Positions 48,965-60,999 of a stretch of 64,000 bases of DNA are shown here, piece after piece. The notes beneath the pieces are model-generated. The model searched no databases. It saw nothing but the letters and a program-made list of their open reading frames with translations, and was not told the origin of the DNA. The stretch lies in the NCBI GenBank assembly GCA_036172245.1, contig JAYWIR010000070.1:1-64000 (forward strand), read 5' to 3'. The translations under genes were made by a program, and so were the position numbers. How positions within the stretch are numbered: the first letter of the stretch is position 1; the number at the start of each line of letters is the position of its first letter. The stretch is from Raillietiella orientalis (lineage: Eukaryota).

Positions 48965-50631
48965 TCATTTCCACGGCCTAGATTGTCCAGACTCTTTAAG
49001 AACCTCCGGCGGCGAAAAGCATTCCAGCAGGTCGAGAAAGTGTCTTGTCCGGAAAGTGTCGCTGCCTTCGCCGACATTTCCAATGGGTCCACTGCCCCAG
49101 GCGCAATCCCTGCACCAGGGATGTGAGATCTTCCGACGTCCCCCGAGCTTTATTCTTTGGAACAACTTCATCGGGATACTCATATTGGGGCCAAGAGTTC
49201 GCGGGAGGGAGGAAGCGAGCGAACATCTGGAAGAGTACACATCCCATCCTCTGGAACTTTGTCTAGATGAACACGGTCCCAGCCATGCTCACAAGGCAGC
49301 CTTGGAATCTTCATTTTTTCCATTGGGAGGTAAGGGCCTCGAGAAAGAGGCAGGGTGAGGATACCAGTCCTCGGGGAGATTCCAAAGGTTGAAGATACCT
49401 GCCCCAACGGTCCATGCGCTGGAGGCACCAAGTGTGTCGTATTTCTGTCCCAGCAATCCCTAGGGGGATGAGTCCGTCAGACTCGATGAACTCAAGGGAC
49501 AGCCCCCTACGATGCTGCCTCAAGCGGCGAATGTGATCGAATAGCAAATTACATATTTCACTCCTGTGAACCGGCTTGGCGACGTGGTAGGGAATAAAAG
49601 TCCGTCCTGTTGCACCCTCGCGGACCAGCGGATGCTGCAGTTGTGACCATCCACCCAGTGGCATCGCACTGAAGAGCCTCATGAATGTGTGCAGAACAGC
49701 TACGCGGAGGTTACCTTTCCTAAACGCCACATCGGCATCAGAAGACGCAAAGCCACATCGAGGTTTGGATCAAGCTTATAAGAGGGGTTACAAGACAGGG
49801 ATGGCTCTGTCTATGATTCAGGCTTCACAAAGTAAACAGGGGCTGTGCACAACGGCGTCCTACATTTGAACTTGAGCCGCCTTCCTTCTGGGATATTTGT
49901 TTTCGCTATTCACTCAGCACACTCTGATTGAGGACTGAGAATTCAAAGAGTTCTTTCTTGCTCATTTCGCAAAGCCTACGCTCTGACCATGCGTGCGCCC
50001 GGTACAAATCCTCTATCGAGACTTCTGCCAAACTCTGCGCTCTCCTCCCTATTTCTCGAAATGAAAGTTAGGAGTTCCGAGAGCACGCGTAGCGCAGGAT
50101 GCTGGAAAGTCCGTCCGAAGTTAGGTTCGAGTACCACCGACCTAACGAGGACACCTTCTGCCATGGACAAAGCGACTTCTTCCGAATCCATGTAGGAACG
50201 TCAGAGCTTCGGCTTGCCATCGCGATGGTGGTGAGGTCCTCTGCCGAAAATTCAGGAAAGGTCACCGCCTTCAACAAATCGCATCCATTCTTTTGCTCGC
50301 GCGTGACGGGTTGAGGGCAACGCGTTCAGATTTTGATCCATGTGGGCAGCCCTTGTTTGCCTTATTCAAATAAACCCTTCAGCTCCAACGGTTGAATGGG
50401 AGCCGGTCTCATGTTGCCGAAGCGATCCAAGATCCCTAAGGACCTCAAAGTACGTTCAGTCATATTTTCCCGGTCCAGGGTACATGCCGATCCTTCGCTT
50501 CTTCGCAGAAGGCTGAAGCCGGAAACGAATGGCTTGAGTCGCTGACGCACATGAGCCATTGCGATTGGATAAACATTCACATGAGACCTCCGCTCCAGAT
50601 ACACGTGGGAGAGCTCGTGAAGCGCAAACAT
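48965..50631 (-). other. Run of co-oriented broken ORFs with no TE motifs; possible viral capsid-derived remnant
   Basis: Minus-strand ORFs 50362-50631, 50068-50277, 49976-50191, 49311-49730 and 48965-49240 look like one frameshifted gene. No diagnostic motif was recognised with confidence. Confidence 0.2.
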
Positions 50632-53600
50632 CTCCTAATCGATGTCGAAGCAAGAATACCCTCACGAGCAGCCCGGAGCTTCAAGACCCCTCGGTGGTTG
50701 ACGAGAAAGAAGGGATTCACCTTAACGCTTGTTAAAAGAAGAAAAAAAAAATGTAAACGAGACCATCTATGCTCTGATCCACAGAAGCAGGTGAGCTTTA
50801 TAGCACAGTTTCCAATTGAGGGGTCGACTCATTGACGGGCGTCTTCCATATCAGGACAAACTGCAATCATCTGCTCCGAGCCCGACTCAATTCTATCAGC
50901 TTCGAAATCTTTAGGAGTGGCGCCATCTTTAGGAGATGGAGCCACTCGGCAAAAGACGCCGGCAAAGTGCCCTAACCGAGGAATCAGACTTGCAGTCAGT
51001 ATGCCGCCCACAATACTCGTATCAGTAGAACACGAAACGTCTTTCGAAATGCAGAAGCCTCTGTGGCATCCGCAAAATAATCGACATAAACCAAACTTGC
51101 AGGGCGATCGTATCTCCCTAGACTCTACGTATCTCGCATTCCCCCAGGCTGACGAAATTCCACCGTTTCTCCGATTTAGGCTCGAGCGGATATTCCTAAG
51201 AAGCCATTCCTCTGAACCAGCACTCTCGCATGACGACAGACTGCTAAGACCCACTCCAGAACGCTAAGCACATCCGCCCAGGCTGCTAGAAGCTTCCAGC
51301 ATGCTTTTATTATTTGGTTTACGCCGCACATGAAAACGTTTCAGTGGGTGAAGACAAACGCCAACGATATCTACGTCTTTCCTTTCCGCAAAACAGACGT
51401 AACGACGCCATAACCGTCTTAAGCCTCAAGTGTGTTCAATGGGGAGGAGGGGACGTGAACTCAGACTCGACGTAAAGTTCAAGCCTAATGCACATAATAC
51501 CCTTCCTGTCTTGTTTTGTTTTTTTTTTGGCAGTTTTTTTCCCCCGAGTCTCGCATCGCATGCATGCGTAAAATGGTACGGAGCTTTGTACGCCGTGGCT
51601 TATCGAGGGTGCCACGTGGAATACTGACGTAAACTGCGTAGACGGTAACTGCGTCAGCAGCCCCAACTGAACTCACTAAGATCGCAAACCTCCTCTCATC
51701 CTTTCGAAAAATTCCTCCTGGAAAGTGTCGCGAACCAATCAACATGGAACTGTGCCGGAACGGTAACTGCCGACAGCGCACCAGGTTGGGATGTGTTCCC
51801 CCCTTTCCCAGGTGCCAGACTACTCTGAAAATAAGCTTGTCTCTAATACGGAACACAGAGCTCTCCGGCGACGAATCACATTGGCGTGGCAGGTAAATCG
51901 GGATAGATCGCCGTGATATCATAACGATATTGCAGCCGCCACAGTCTCTCTGCCAGCCGATCCATTCGCTTCCACCGCGGAATTCTGGAACCAGTCTGAA
52001 AGCGTGCACTCATCAAATGAAGGGGGAACCCACGGAAGCAGAGCCATGCTCCAACACCGCCATCGATCGACCGCTCTTCTTCATCATCCTTCCCCACCTC
52101 GTCATAAGGTCATCGCAAAGCTACGGAAAACGATATCCCCCCCGACAAGCGGCACACATTCCGAAGTCCATAGGACATTTGGTCTTTCAGGGAACTGATT
52201 CAGAGGGGAAATGGGAGCACGACCACTTCTCTCAAACGAAAAATCAATTGCAAATGGCAGCTCGCCAGGAAGATGCAAAATCAGTGCCGCTAGACGAAAG
52301 CTACCTCACAGGGGATTAGTTATGGAGGATAAAAGATCTTTCACTCCCTCCTCAATACAAAAAAATTCCTTTGAACATTAGCGTAGGCTCTATTTGTTCT
52401 CGGAGCGAAACCAAAGAAGTGGTTGCAGTTGCAAATAACTACCATCCTAAGGCAGAAGATGAAATACTTGAGACCTAATAGGAAGAAAATCTGTGGTCCA
52501 ACCTAATACCTGGAAGCTTGGTTGCTCTGAATCATTTTTTCTATAGTGACCGATGTCATTGACCGGCAGTCCTTACCGCGGTGGACTCATAAGTTTTGCT
52601 TCCTCACCGATTAGCATGGGCTGTAGAAGGGTGGCTATCGGAGAGTGTTGTTATCCCTCGTGATCTCCGACGCATCTTCCCTCCAGCAACACTTCGATCG
52701 CAGAAGGAAGTCAGTTATTTCAGACACAAGTCTCCGGGATCCTCGACGACCCGCCTTATCCTTCTTTTGTCTCCTGCGTCGCTTACCAGATCCATCCACT
52801 GGCTCCATCCCTCCTTGTGACCAACGAAGTATGTCCGGCACCTCTCTGACAGATGACTCCGTCTTCAGTACGACCACCGTTGTGGACACGTTCTGGGAGA
52901 GACTGATGATCAGGAGAGGATGCTCTTTGATATGGAGACGCTGGATGAGCCAGCACAGGTATTTACATACCTCGTTTTTTGGTAGTTCAAGCCCATCTGC
53001 GTAGCCGAGATGCCCAGATGTTTTTAGATGGATCAGCGGAAGAGCAGATGTTGCCTTTTCCCCTAGGTAAACCCATGGACCCCGTTGTCAGTCATCCTGC
53101 AAAGCATTCCTCCATATCTATTTGATATCGACCTGGAGGCTGAACTTTCATGGTGCCAGAATACGAGATCCATCTTTTCGATTCAGAAGGGACACCGAGC
53201 ATGCTTATGAATGTTGCATGGACCTCTTCGTTCTTGCCTGCACGACATAGTGTGAGAACTGTGCCTAATGGTTGGCGTGATTAGTGTACGTGAACCTCTT
53301 GTATATAGATAAGGGAGTTTATGACAAATCCTCATCTTGTCTTCTTTAATTAGGATCTCATTAACCATGTGCATCAGTTTTTGGTACTTGGACTTAACGA
53401 TGCTTGGCGTGATGTTTCACCGTTGCACCTCCTTTCTCTGACGCTTCAAGGCTCTTGAGAACACCAACACGACGATTCCCGAGAATCCAAAACGGGTGCG
53501 ATGCATTACTGTAGAGGACTATAGAAGGGTGAGTAGATCTCTACTTCTTTCCGTTTTTTTTTTTTTTTTTTCGAAAAATAGAACTCGGTTTAATGTTGGA

Positions 53601-54812
53601 TTAGCGTTTGGCAGTGCAGTAAGCAGAAAAAGTCACGTTTCAAAGAAACAGGGTCCAAAATCTTAGGAATTTTTGAATTTTTCTTCCAAGGGTATTCTCG
53701 TACGACTTGGCGCGCTTAGATGGAGCAAATTTAGCAACCCTTTCATGAAACTTCAAAGGGAAACACCGAAGTCGTCCTGGCACAGCTCCACTCGACGCAG
53801 GAGCAGCCAGCAGTCTTTTCTGCTTTTTGACCCTGAGTGATCGATTTGGCCATGCTCTTTGCAAGAACTGCTGTTTAATGCCTCATCTATTTATTCCACC
53901 CAGTTGTTCAGTTTACTCAGTCCTCAGATGTATAAGATATTGGATTCACGGCTCCTTCATAAATACCTAACATTGTATTGTTTGATTGGCTTCCTTTTCT
54001 TTTGAAAAGACTGGGTTAACATTACTGCCTCTTTCTGCTAAGTATGCTGGAAGAAAGGTTCGGGGAGTGATTACGGTGGAGGTGGTGGTCGGCTTGGGGC
54101 TACGCACTACAAAGCACGTGATCGTGGTCTCGTTACGAAACATCATTCTGAGTCTTACGGGTGGCACTCCATGCTGTCTTGTCATTTTCCTCCTGGATCA
54201 GCATCCATTTTTCAGCATAATTATTATTTTTTTTTATCGGAGACTCTCAGCAATTGAGCCAGATGCTCGTATTTCCAATGCCCCTAGTAGTAGTTACAAA
54301 AGTGACCACCTTCCCCTAAGAGCAGTCACTACAAGCTTCCTATTGTTTCTCAGTTCATCCAGGAGCAGATGAATTCTCCTTGCGAAGTTTGAAACTCCTT
54401 CAGCAACCTGTTTGAAATGCCTTTGGTGGCCCTGCTTTGCGAAGCCCGAAATCCATAGCAACACTGTGCAACTTGTGAGCGATCTTGGCTGGCTTCACGG
54501 GGTATTCTATTTGATTCCATTCGTTCCCTTCCAGAGATGGGTGCTCCTTGGGGTTCCTCCAATGTAATAACAGGAAATCTTGAGAACTCCGTTTGAAACA
54601 GGAAAGACTCTTTTACAGGGAACTAGTCATCCAACGCTGACCAGTCTGAAGTTTGTGAAAGCTGAACAAAAATGATCGAATCACTCTTTTGTCACTGTTA
54701 CCTGACCTGCAGCAATCGGTGTAGCAGTAGCATTGGTTCAACATGAACGTGATTATGATTCCAGACTATCTCTCCATGATATCACAGGAATTGGAATACT
54801 TCCTCTATATCT

Positions 54813-55836
54813 GTCTTTATCGATAGTGAAGTGTGTGAAACACCGGCAGCAGCAGGGAAACTCAATTTATAGAAGTCAAAGCGTCTGAAATGCAGGAATG
54901 TAAAGTATGTAAGTAACGTATGGTACACCGTTCTCCAACTCTTTAAAGGCTTACTGCATGAATATTCAAATTCATACTGCTCGTACTGTACAGCAAACTC
55001 ATCAGGATTTTTTTTATCTGATTAATTAATTCTATTCTAAGGTTTAATTCCCAGTCCAAGTCCATTGTCCTCCATGCACCTATTCAAGACAGGGATCTCC
55101 ATCCTCATCTGGTAGTGAATCGTTCTTCTGGACGTGACTCCGAATGTGATTTATTGCACATAGCTGATCGAGGTGTTTCAACCTTCCGCTCTTCGTGTGT
55201 CACGCAGGATGCTGGAGATCGATTTCTCGTATTTCCAGTACAGGATCGATGCGGGATGAAGGCTCGAAACAAAATCATGATGCCCTGTCATCCGACTGTA
55301 CCAGTGACCAATGCTCGAGTGTTGGCGAGCCTGTCTTAACCTTATTTATTCATTTGCTTTACATCCGTCTCAAGGACTCATGTTCCAGCTCTCCACATTC
55401 ACATGATGAACGTGGAGAGCTTCAGTGAATGGGTGGATCAGAATCATGGAGCATGGGTTCAAATGACGAATCGTTAACTTGAGTGGGAAAACGCAAAGTT
55501 GGAGAATGATCGCCGTGAACACAAGTAACATGGATTTTTGCACATACACAGGGAGCGACGGCGATGTGATTTGCGTTAGCAAACATCCACCGAAGAATGG
55601 CGTCAGACGACATCAACTAATAAAACATAAAGAGCGAGTGACCTTACTCTCTGACTTTCCGGAGCTGACAGGAAGAGCCGCTTTTCAAAACGATGAGAAG
55701 AATAACGACTGGACCATGTCACTGCCAAGTTCTTGCTTCACCTAACGCGTCTTTATCGATAGTTAAGTGTGCGAAACACCGGCAGCAGCAGGGAAACTCA
55801 ATGTATAGAAGTCAAAGCGTCCGGAATCCAGGAATG
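54813..55836. repeat. 88-bp direct repeat pair, 6 mismatches, 936 bp apart
   Basis: GTCTTTATCGATAGT...CACCGGCAGCAGCAGGGAAACTCAAT...AGGAATG at 54813-54900 and 55749-55836. Confidence 0.9.
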
Positions 55837-58800
55837 CATAGCCGGAATTACAATTTTTTTTATTGCTAAATAGCCCGTTGCAGAGTCGGATGAAGGAAGG
55901 GCACCTTTGACAGAGCTAAACACTTCCGGCTGAAAGACGCAGCTGAAAAAATGTATCTATTTATTCCTTTGCAATGAAATGAGGCTGCTAATGTTTCTAG
56001 CTATCCTGATTCCATTGCACTCACAAGTTATGGGTTCGGTGTCAAAAACCAGCCAAGATTTTCTGTCCGACAAGTCCGACAAGTTACCCATGCTACCCCA
56101 CTAATTGCAATAAAAACTGGATCAACCAAAAGCCAGGACTTGTGGGACTGTTGTAATTACGAACGGCAAATGGGGAAGCTGAAGCTGTGCAGACATGGCG
56201 AAACAGTAGCCTCAAGAAAAATTCCGAGAAGATTAAAGTTAGTGTTGGATAAACGGGAAGATGGTTAATCGCATACCCTTTACATTGGACTGCTTTCAAT
56301 GCCCTTTGTGAGGCAACAGGCCATGGAATAACCGCGACCATATGCCTTTGCGTGTTGGGTGTCTTGAGGAAGCTTTCGTGTTTGAGTTGCATGTGGAAAC
56401 GCGCCACTTTCTTCTCAAGAAAGCTATTCCTGGTGACGAAGGTGTCTGTAGCTTCTCTTGGCTCGTGATTTGGTGGCACATTCTTCCCACACTTTTGTTC
56501 TTCCCGTAAGCCAGAACTTGGAGATTCAAAGGAGAGCACGAACCATTCGAAAACGGAAAAGAAGCGAACTTTGGCGATGATGGTCTTCATAGAGTTTTCC
56601 AACACTTGATGATTTGTTTGCATCATCAGTTATCGATTCTGACAAAGTCCTTCGTAACTCTGAGTTTTAAGGAACGGCATCATAGATACTTTTTCTTATC
56701 CTTATGCGAAAGTCAAAGTAGCGATTGACACGACGCAAAGCGTGGGAAAGATCTGGAGTTAGATGAATAAAGGGTCTTGCTGATTCTGTGGTTATTCGCC
56801 AAGGGCGCGAGCTTCATTCAGTGCAGCTGACCATGCTCGACCGAGCCCGGAAGTTCATCCCTCATTGCCTTCAAAGAGCTCAAATGAAATGACACGTCGT
56901 TCCTCACGGAAAATCACAGCAGGCAGTCTGCTTCCTGGTTTTCGCGCTAAGGGGAGCGCAATCCAGAAACGTGGAAACGAATCTGCTTTCTGAACTGCTT
57001 GCACCGAATCGAAGCTGCAGACACACTGTCTGCAGTTTTCATCAAAGAGGTGGCAGCCTTCCCGCGTGGCCAGCTTCACACTCCGACACACGCTTTTGCC
57101 GCTCGATCGAGACGGAGGAGCAGTGTTTGTGACCAGCTAAGAAACGGGTTGACGAACGCATGGACCCTTGAAAGAGGCAGGGTTCCTAAGAAACTCACTG
57201 AAATGAGAGGATGGGAAAGACTGGAACCTTTTCAGTTCCTTTCTGTTAGCTTCCCACCGAGATGGCAGCACGTAGTGGTGCGCCATCTTGGTGGCTCTCT
57301 GCACTGGTGTTTTAGGTGCGACGAGCGCTCGTCAGAGCGGGCGTTTCCCCGAAAATTGCCCAGTCCGAAGGAGCGGAAACGCTCCCGCGCTTGATCATGG
57401 ACCGCTGTGCTCTTCTCAGCAGCTGAAAACACACCGCAGTCTCTCTGATCCGCTCTCCAGCTGCTGCTGGACAGGAAGTCCAGCATCCTCGAATTCCGGG
57501 GGCTCGAGTCTAACCAGATTGCTTTCGGAAACTTTCATAGCCTTGGGTGTATGGAGCACTTGTGTCTCCGGAGGAAGAAGCCGTTTCGTCCACGCGGGGC
57601 TTGGCCATGTGGTTTCTTAGCTGCTGCCACGCAGCACCTCCTCAAACGAATGGAACTGCAGCTTCTAAGCAGAGAGCTTGCGAACATCAGAACGGTCAGC
57701 TGAAGGGGAATCTGATGATGCTGGCAGAATGCATCTCAAACAGAAGGGGGGAGGGAGCGGATTTGAAGAGAAGGATTTCTGCCAACAGGGCAGAGGAGCC
57801 ACGACGCTTGTTATCTTAGATGTTTTGTCTTGTGATCCCATTAAATGTGATGGAACATTGTGGGGAATCAAAGGGTCAGCGATCAGCGGCTGGGATAACT
57901 GCGTTGCAGTCACAGAGAGAAGCACAGCAGCCGTGCCGAGATGTGGTGAGATAGGAGAACATGGACTCCCGAATATCACAGCCACCTAAGGGATGAAATA
58001 CTCCGAATTAGGAATATGACGGAGTGCTCTGGACCCAGCCCGAGCACTCTGCGCATCTCGGAGACGGGACGAGCGGCCTACTGAAGAGATTCTTTTCCTT
58101 CGCGCCGCAGCTTCCATCCCGTGCCATAACGTTCATAAAGCCGCATTGTCACCCAAGCAGCGTGAAGAAGGGGTAGCAGGACGCCGAGGTTATTATCCTT
58201 GCAGCCTCCCTGTCGCGAGGAGCGAGGAAATGACTCCATCTGTCACCGGAAAACGGGAACGGAATTTTCTACATGCCACGATAAATCTCTAAAGGGCAGT
58301 ACGAGATCTGGTGACCCTCCCCTCCAGGTACACGCCAGATATCTTTATTTATCTTGTTTGTTCATTGTCCTCCTTCTTCGCCAACCCTACCTAGTGGAGG
58401 ATTGATCGCTTTGCATGCAGGAGACCAGTAGCAAAAAGGCTTCCTGCTATTTCGTTTGCTTATGCATGTATTTTTCTAGATATGCATGTAAGCTCTCCGG
58501 CACGACCTCTCCATCTCATATCGCCGAACTGCTTATTTAAAATAAATGAAGTGGAATTTTCACCCCAAAGGAGGGGGACCTACGTGTGACGGTCCGAAAC
58601 GAAAGGGACTGAAATCTCACCGGAGACGGAACCAGAAAAAAAGAAAGTTCAGGGGGAGGAAGGAGATGCAGGAAATAAAGAAAGCAAACAAGGGGTGGGG
58701 CGGACCGGTCTCGCCGCTATGAACCCACGGTGAGATTTCCAACTCTTCTGAGAATCCCTTGTGTTCTGCACCCCATATCGTGCCCTTCCTCCCCATCCCG

Positions 58801-58849
58801 TAACAGTAAGATGCGATTGCCGACAATTCTCCTTGGTTACCTCTCTCCC

Positions 58850-59600
58850 GTTTTGGTGGTAAGCACTGCTCACAGTGGTAAATGATTGCCAGCGTGGAGC
58901 CAGCTGTGCAGAGAGGTGCGAATGTACGCCTGAAAAGGTCCTTAGGAGCAGCATCCCTGCATCCTGATATGCACTAGGGAAGGGCATGCGGAAGGGTTGC
59001 CAGTCCTTGGAGATGATCTTCTCTCAGCCATGCGTGTTGCTGCAAGTGTGCACCGGCAAGGCGATGTGTGTGGCAGTGGCGAAGGGCAAGGACAAGGACG
59101 TTGATCAGGAAGTCTGGGATCTTGTAGTTTTCTTGGAAACTTCCAGATACGACTGGGTGAAGGCTCACTCTGGATGGAGCTGGACCTATTTTTGCTCGAA
59201 GTCATGAAGTGAGGAGGAACTGTTTCGAGTGGCTGCAGGATTGTTGAGTGATCGACACTAGACTGACACCTGACGTATTTCGTCCGCGGCTTGCCTGTGC
59301 AACAAGAAATGCAATGGGATTGTAGATCCTGAAGATGAGATCACATTTCGAGCAGTGGAAACAGGCTGAGATGCTGTTGATTGCTCCAAGTGACAATGAT
59401 GACAACTGTCTGGAAGAGGCGCAGACGCATCTTGCGTTGATGTGATGTTGAGCAGGACCCTCCTTCACGAGTTGACACTCAGGCCACTGGGAAAGAATGG
59501 TCTGAAAACACTGAGCACTGTGTGGAACACAACCAGAGAGGCTGTGAATTGGAGAAATACTGAAAGGTCATCTGTTGACTTGAGACACGTCAAATCGGCC
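58850..59600 (+). mobile_element. RNase H-bearing retroelement 3' remnant (RNase H + CCHC)
   Basis: 'DVDQEVWDL...WVKAHSG' (RNase H WVKAH.G motif, ~59153-59173), followed by 'NCL.EEAQTHLALM'. Confidence 0.5.
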
Positions 59601-59991
59601 ACCCCTTGTTGCTCTTTGTGTCATATCTGGAAGCCGAACACCCGGACTTCTTCGATGGCCTGTTTTTTTCATCTCATGTCTCCCTGTTTCATCGTGCATC
59701 AACAGCGACGTGAGTCCATCCATCTTCCAGGCGGCGTCCTTTCCCTTTTGGTTCCTTTCGTCCTTTGCCTAATGATGGAATCTTCTTGTTCTTCATGGCT
59801 ATTTTTTTGTCGCGATGGAAAGCTGCTTCCTCTCTTAGTGATGACGAATGTACCCTCATCTTCGCGCTGCCTCATTTCTCTTTGCTTTGTAGTGCCATGG
59901 CTGTTACACCTTCTAGGTGGTCTTTTCTTCTGAGGCTGAAGATCAGCAGAGCCGTTCCATTTCTTGGCACGTGTGAGTTGGTGTGCTTAAC

Positions 59992-60019
59992 CTCTCTCTC
60001 TCTCTCTCTCTTTCTCTCT
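59992..60019. repeat. (CT)n microsatellite
   Basis: Direct reading of the sequence. Confidence 0.9.
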
Positions 60020-60149
60020 GTCTTTCTACAACAGTATCTGATGCCGAGCACAGGAGCTATTGGTGATGTGTTGCGGACACCTTTGAACACAGAAAACGAA
60101 AGTGACCTTTGAGCTGCTGAGAAATGGCAATGCCCTGCGCTATAAGCTT

Positions 60150-60850
60150 TGCCATGGAACCCCAAAAGACGTAAAAAGAACAAGGAAAGAGCTCTCACCT
60201 CCTTACAAGGCGGACGTGTCTTTACAACCCTTAGCGGAGGCGGACAGTGTGCAGCTCATCCTTTGGATCAGACTGGCAGGGCTGCCAAATGCGGAAGTTC
60301 GTCTTCCAAGGCATCTTCAGTACGCCCACGGGGTACGGAAGTCGCCACTCGGAATAATCCATCTTCGTGGAAGCGGATGCTTCGTCGTGAGAAGAAGCCA
60401 TCACAAGGCATCTCTCGCGCGTATGCAGGCACGTACAGATGCAACCGGGAGCCAGCGTGCTTCCGAAGTCATGGAGATCGGTACGCCCACTCGCCGGGAT
60501 CCGCCGCTGCCCTGGCAGGAGGAGCACCTGTCCTGCCCACGCACACGTGGATTCGCGAGCGCGCCAGGGAGCTCTGGGATTCCCTAGACAGGTTGCCTGC
60601 CGGCGGAACTCTTCCCGTTCGGGGCGGCAGACATCGCGGCCGGGTCCACTTGGAAGAGAGAACTCCGTCCCTCCAAAGTCGAGGAGACCTTATTGTGTTG
60701 CCTCGCCTCCAGAGCTGCAAGGAACCTGGGGCAATGGGAGCGCGCCTGGAGGGTCCAGGAATTCGAGGCATCCGGAAACATCCTGAAGAGCGGAAGAGGC
60801 ACCAGCCCTTGCGGAAGCCAACCTCCGCGGCCCGAGAACCGGCAGACGAG
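60150..60850 (+). mobile_element. Possible decayed LINE ORF2 C-terminus
   Basis: 'AGLPNAEVRL' (~GLGLP), and 'GIRRCP..EEHLSCP..ARELWDSL' read across frames. Confidence 0.3.
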
Positions 60851-60999
60851 GCGCTTCGCTTTGTTTCCCGGGAAAACCGCCCCGAGGGAGCACCCGCACC
60901 CTCCCCATACCCGCGGAGGGGGGAGAGGAGAAGGGGGAGCCACAGGTGAGAAGGTTTCTTCCCTGCCCCCCTCCGCTACCCCTTCTCTGAGTCCAGGCA

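Noticed and set aside
52850..53500. Integrase/RNase H-like words (TDNG, RLRRWA, DHQSL)
   Set aside because: Their order is inconsistent with a pol gene.
58555..58620. Hammerhead ribozyme (GGACC...GGTCC-GAAAC) or PPT+LTR start
   Set aside because: No CUGANGA core and no stem III/NUH site. No second LTR found.
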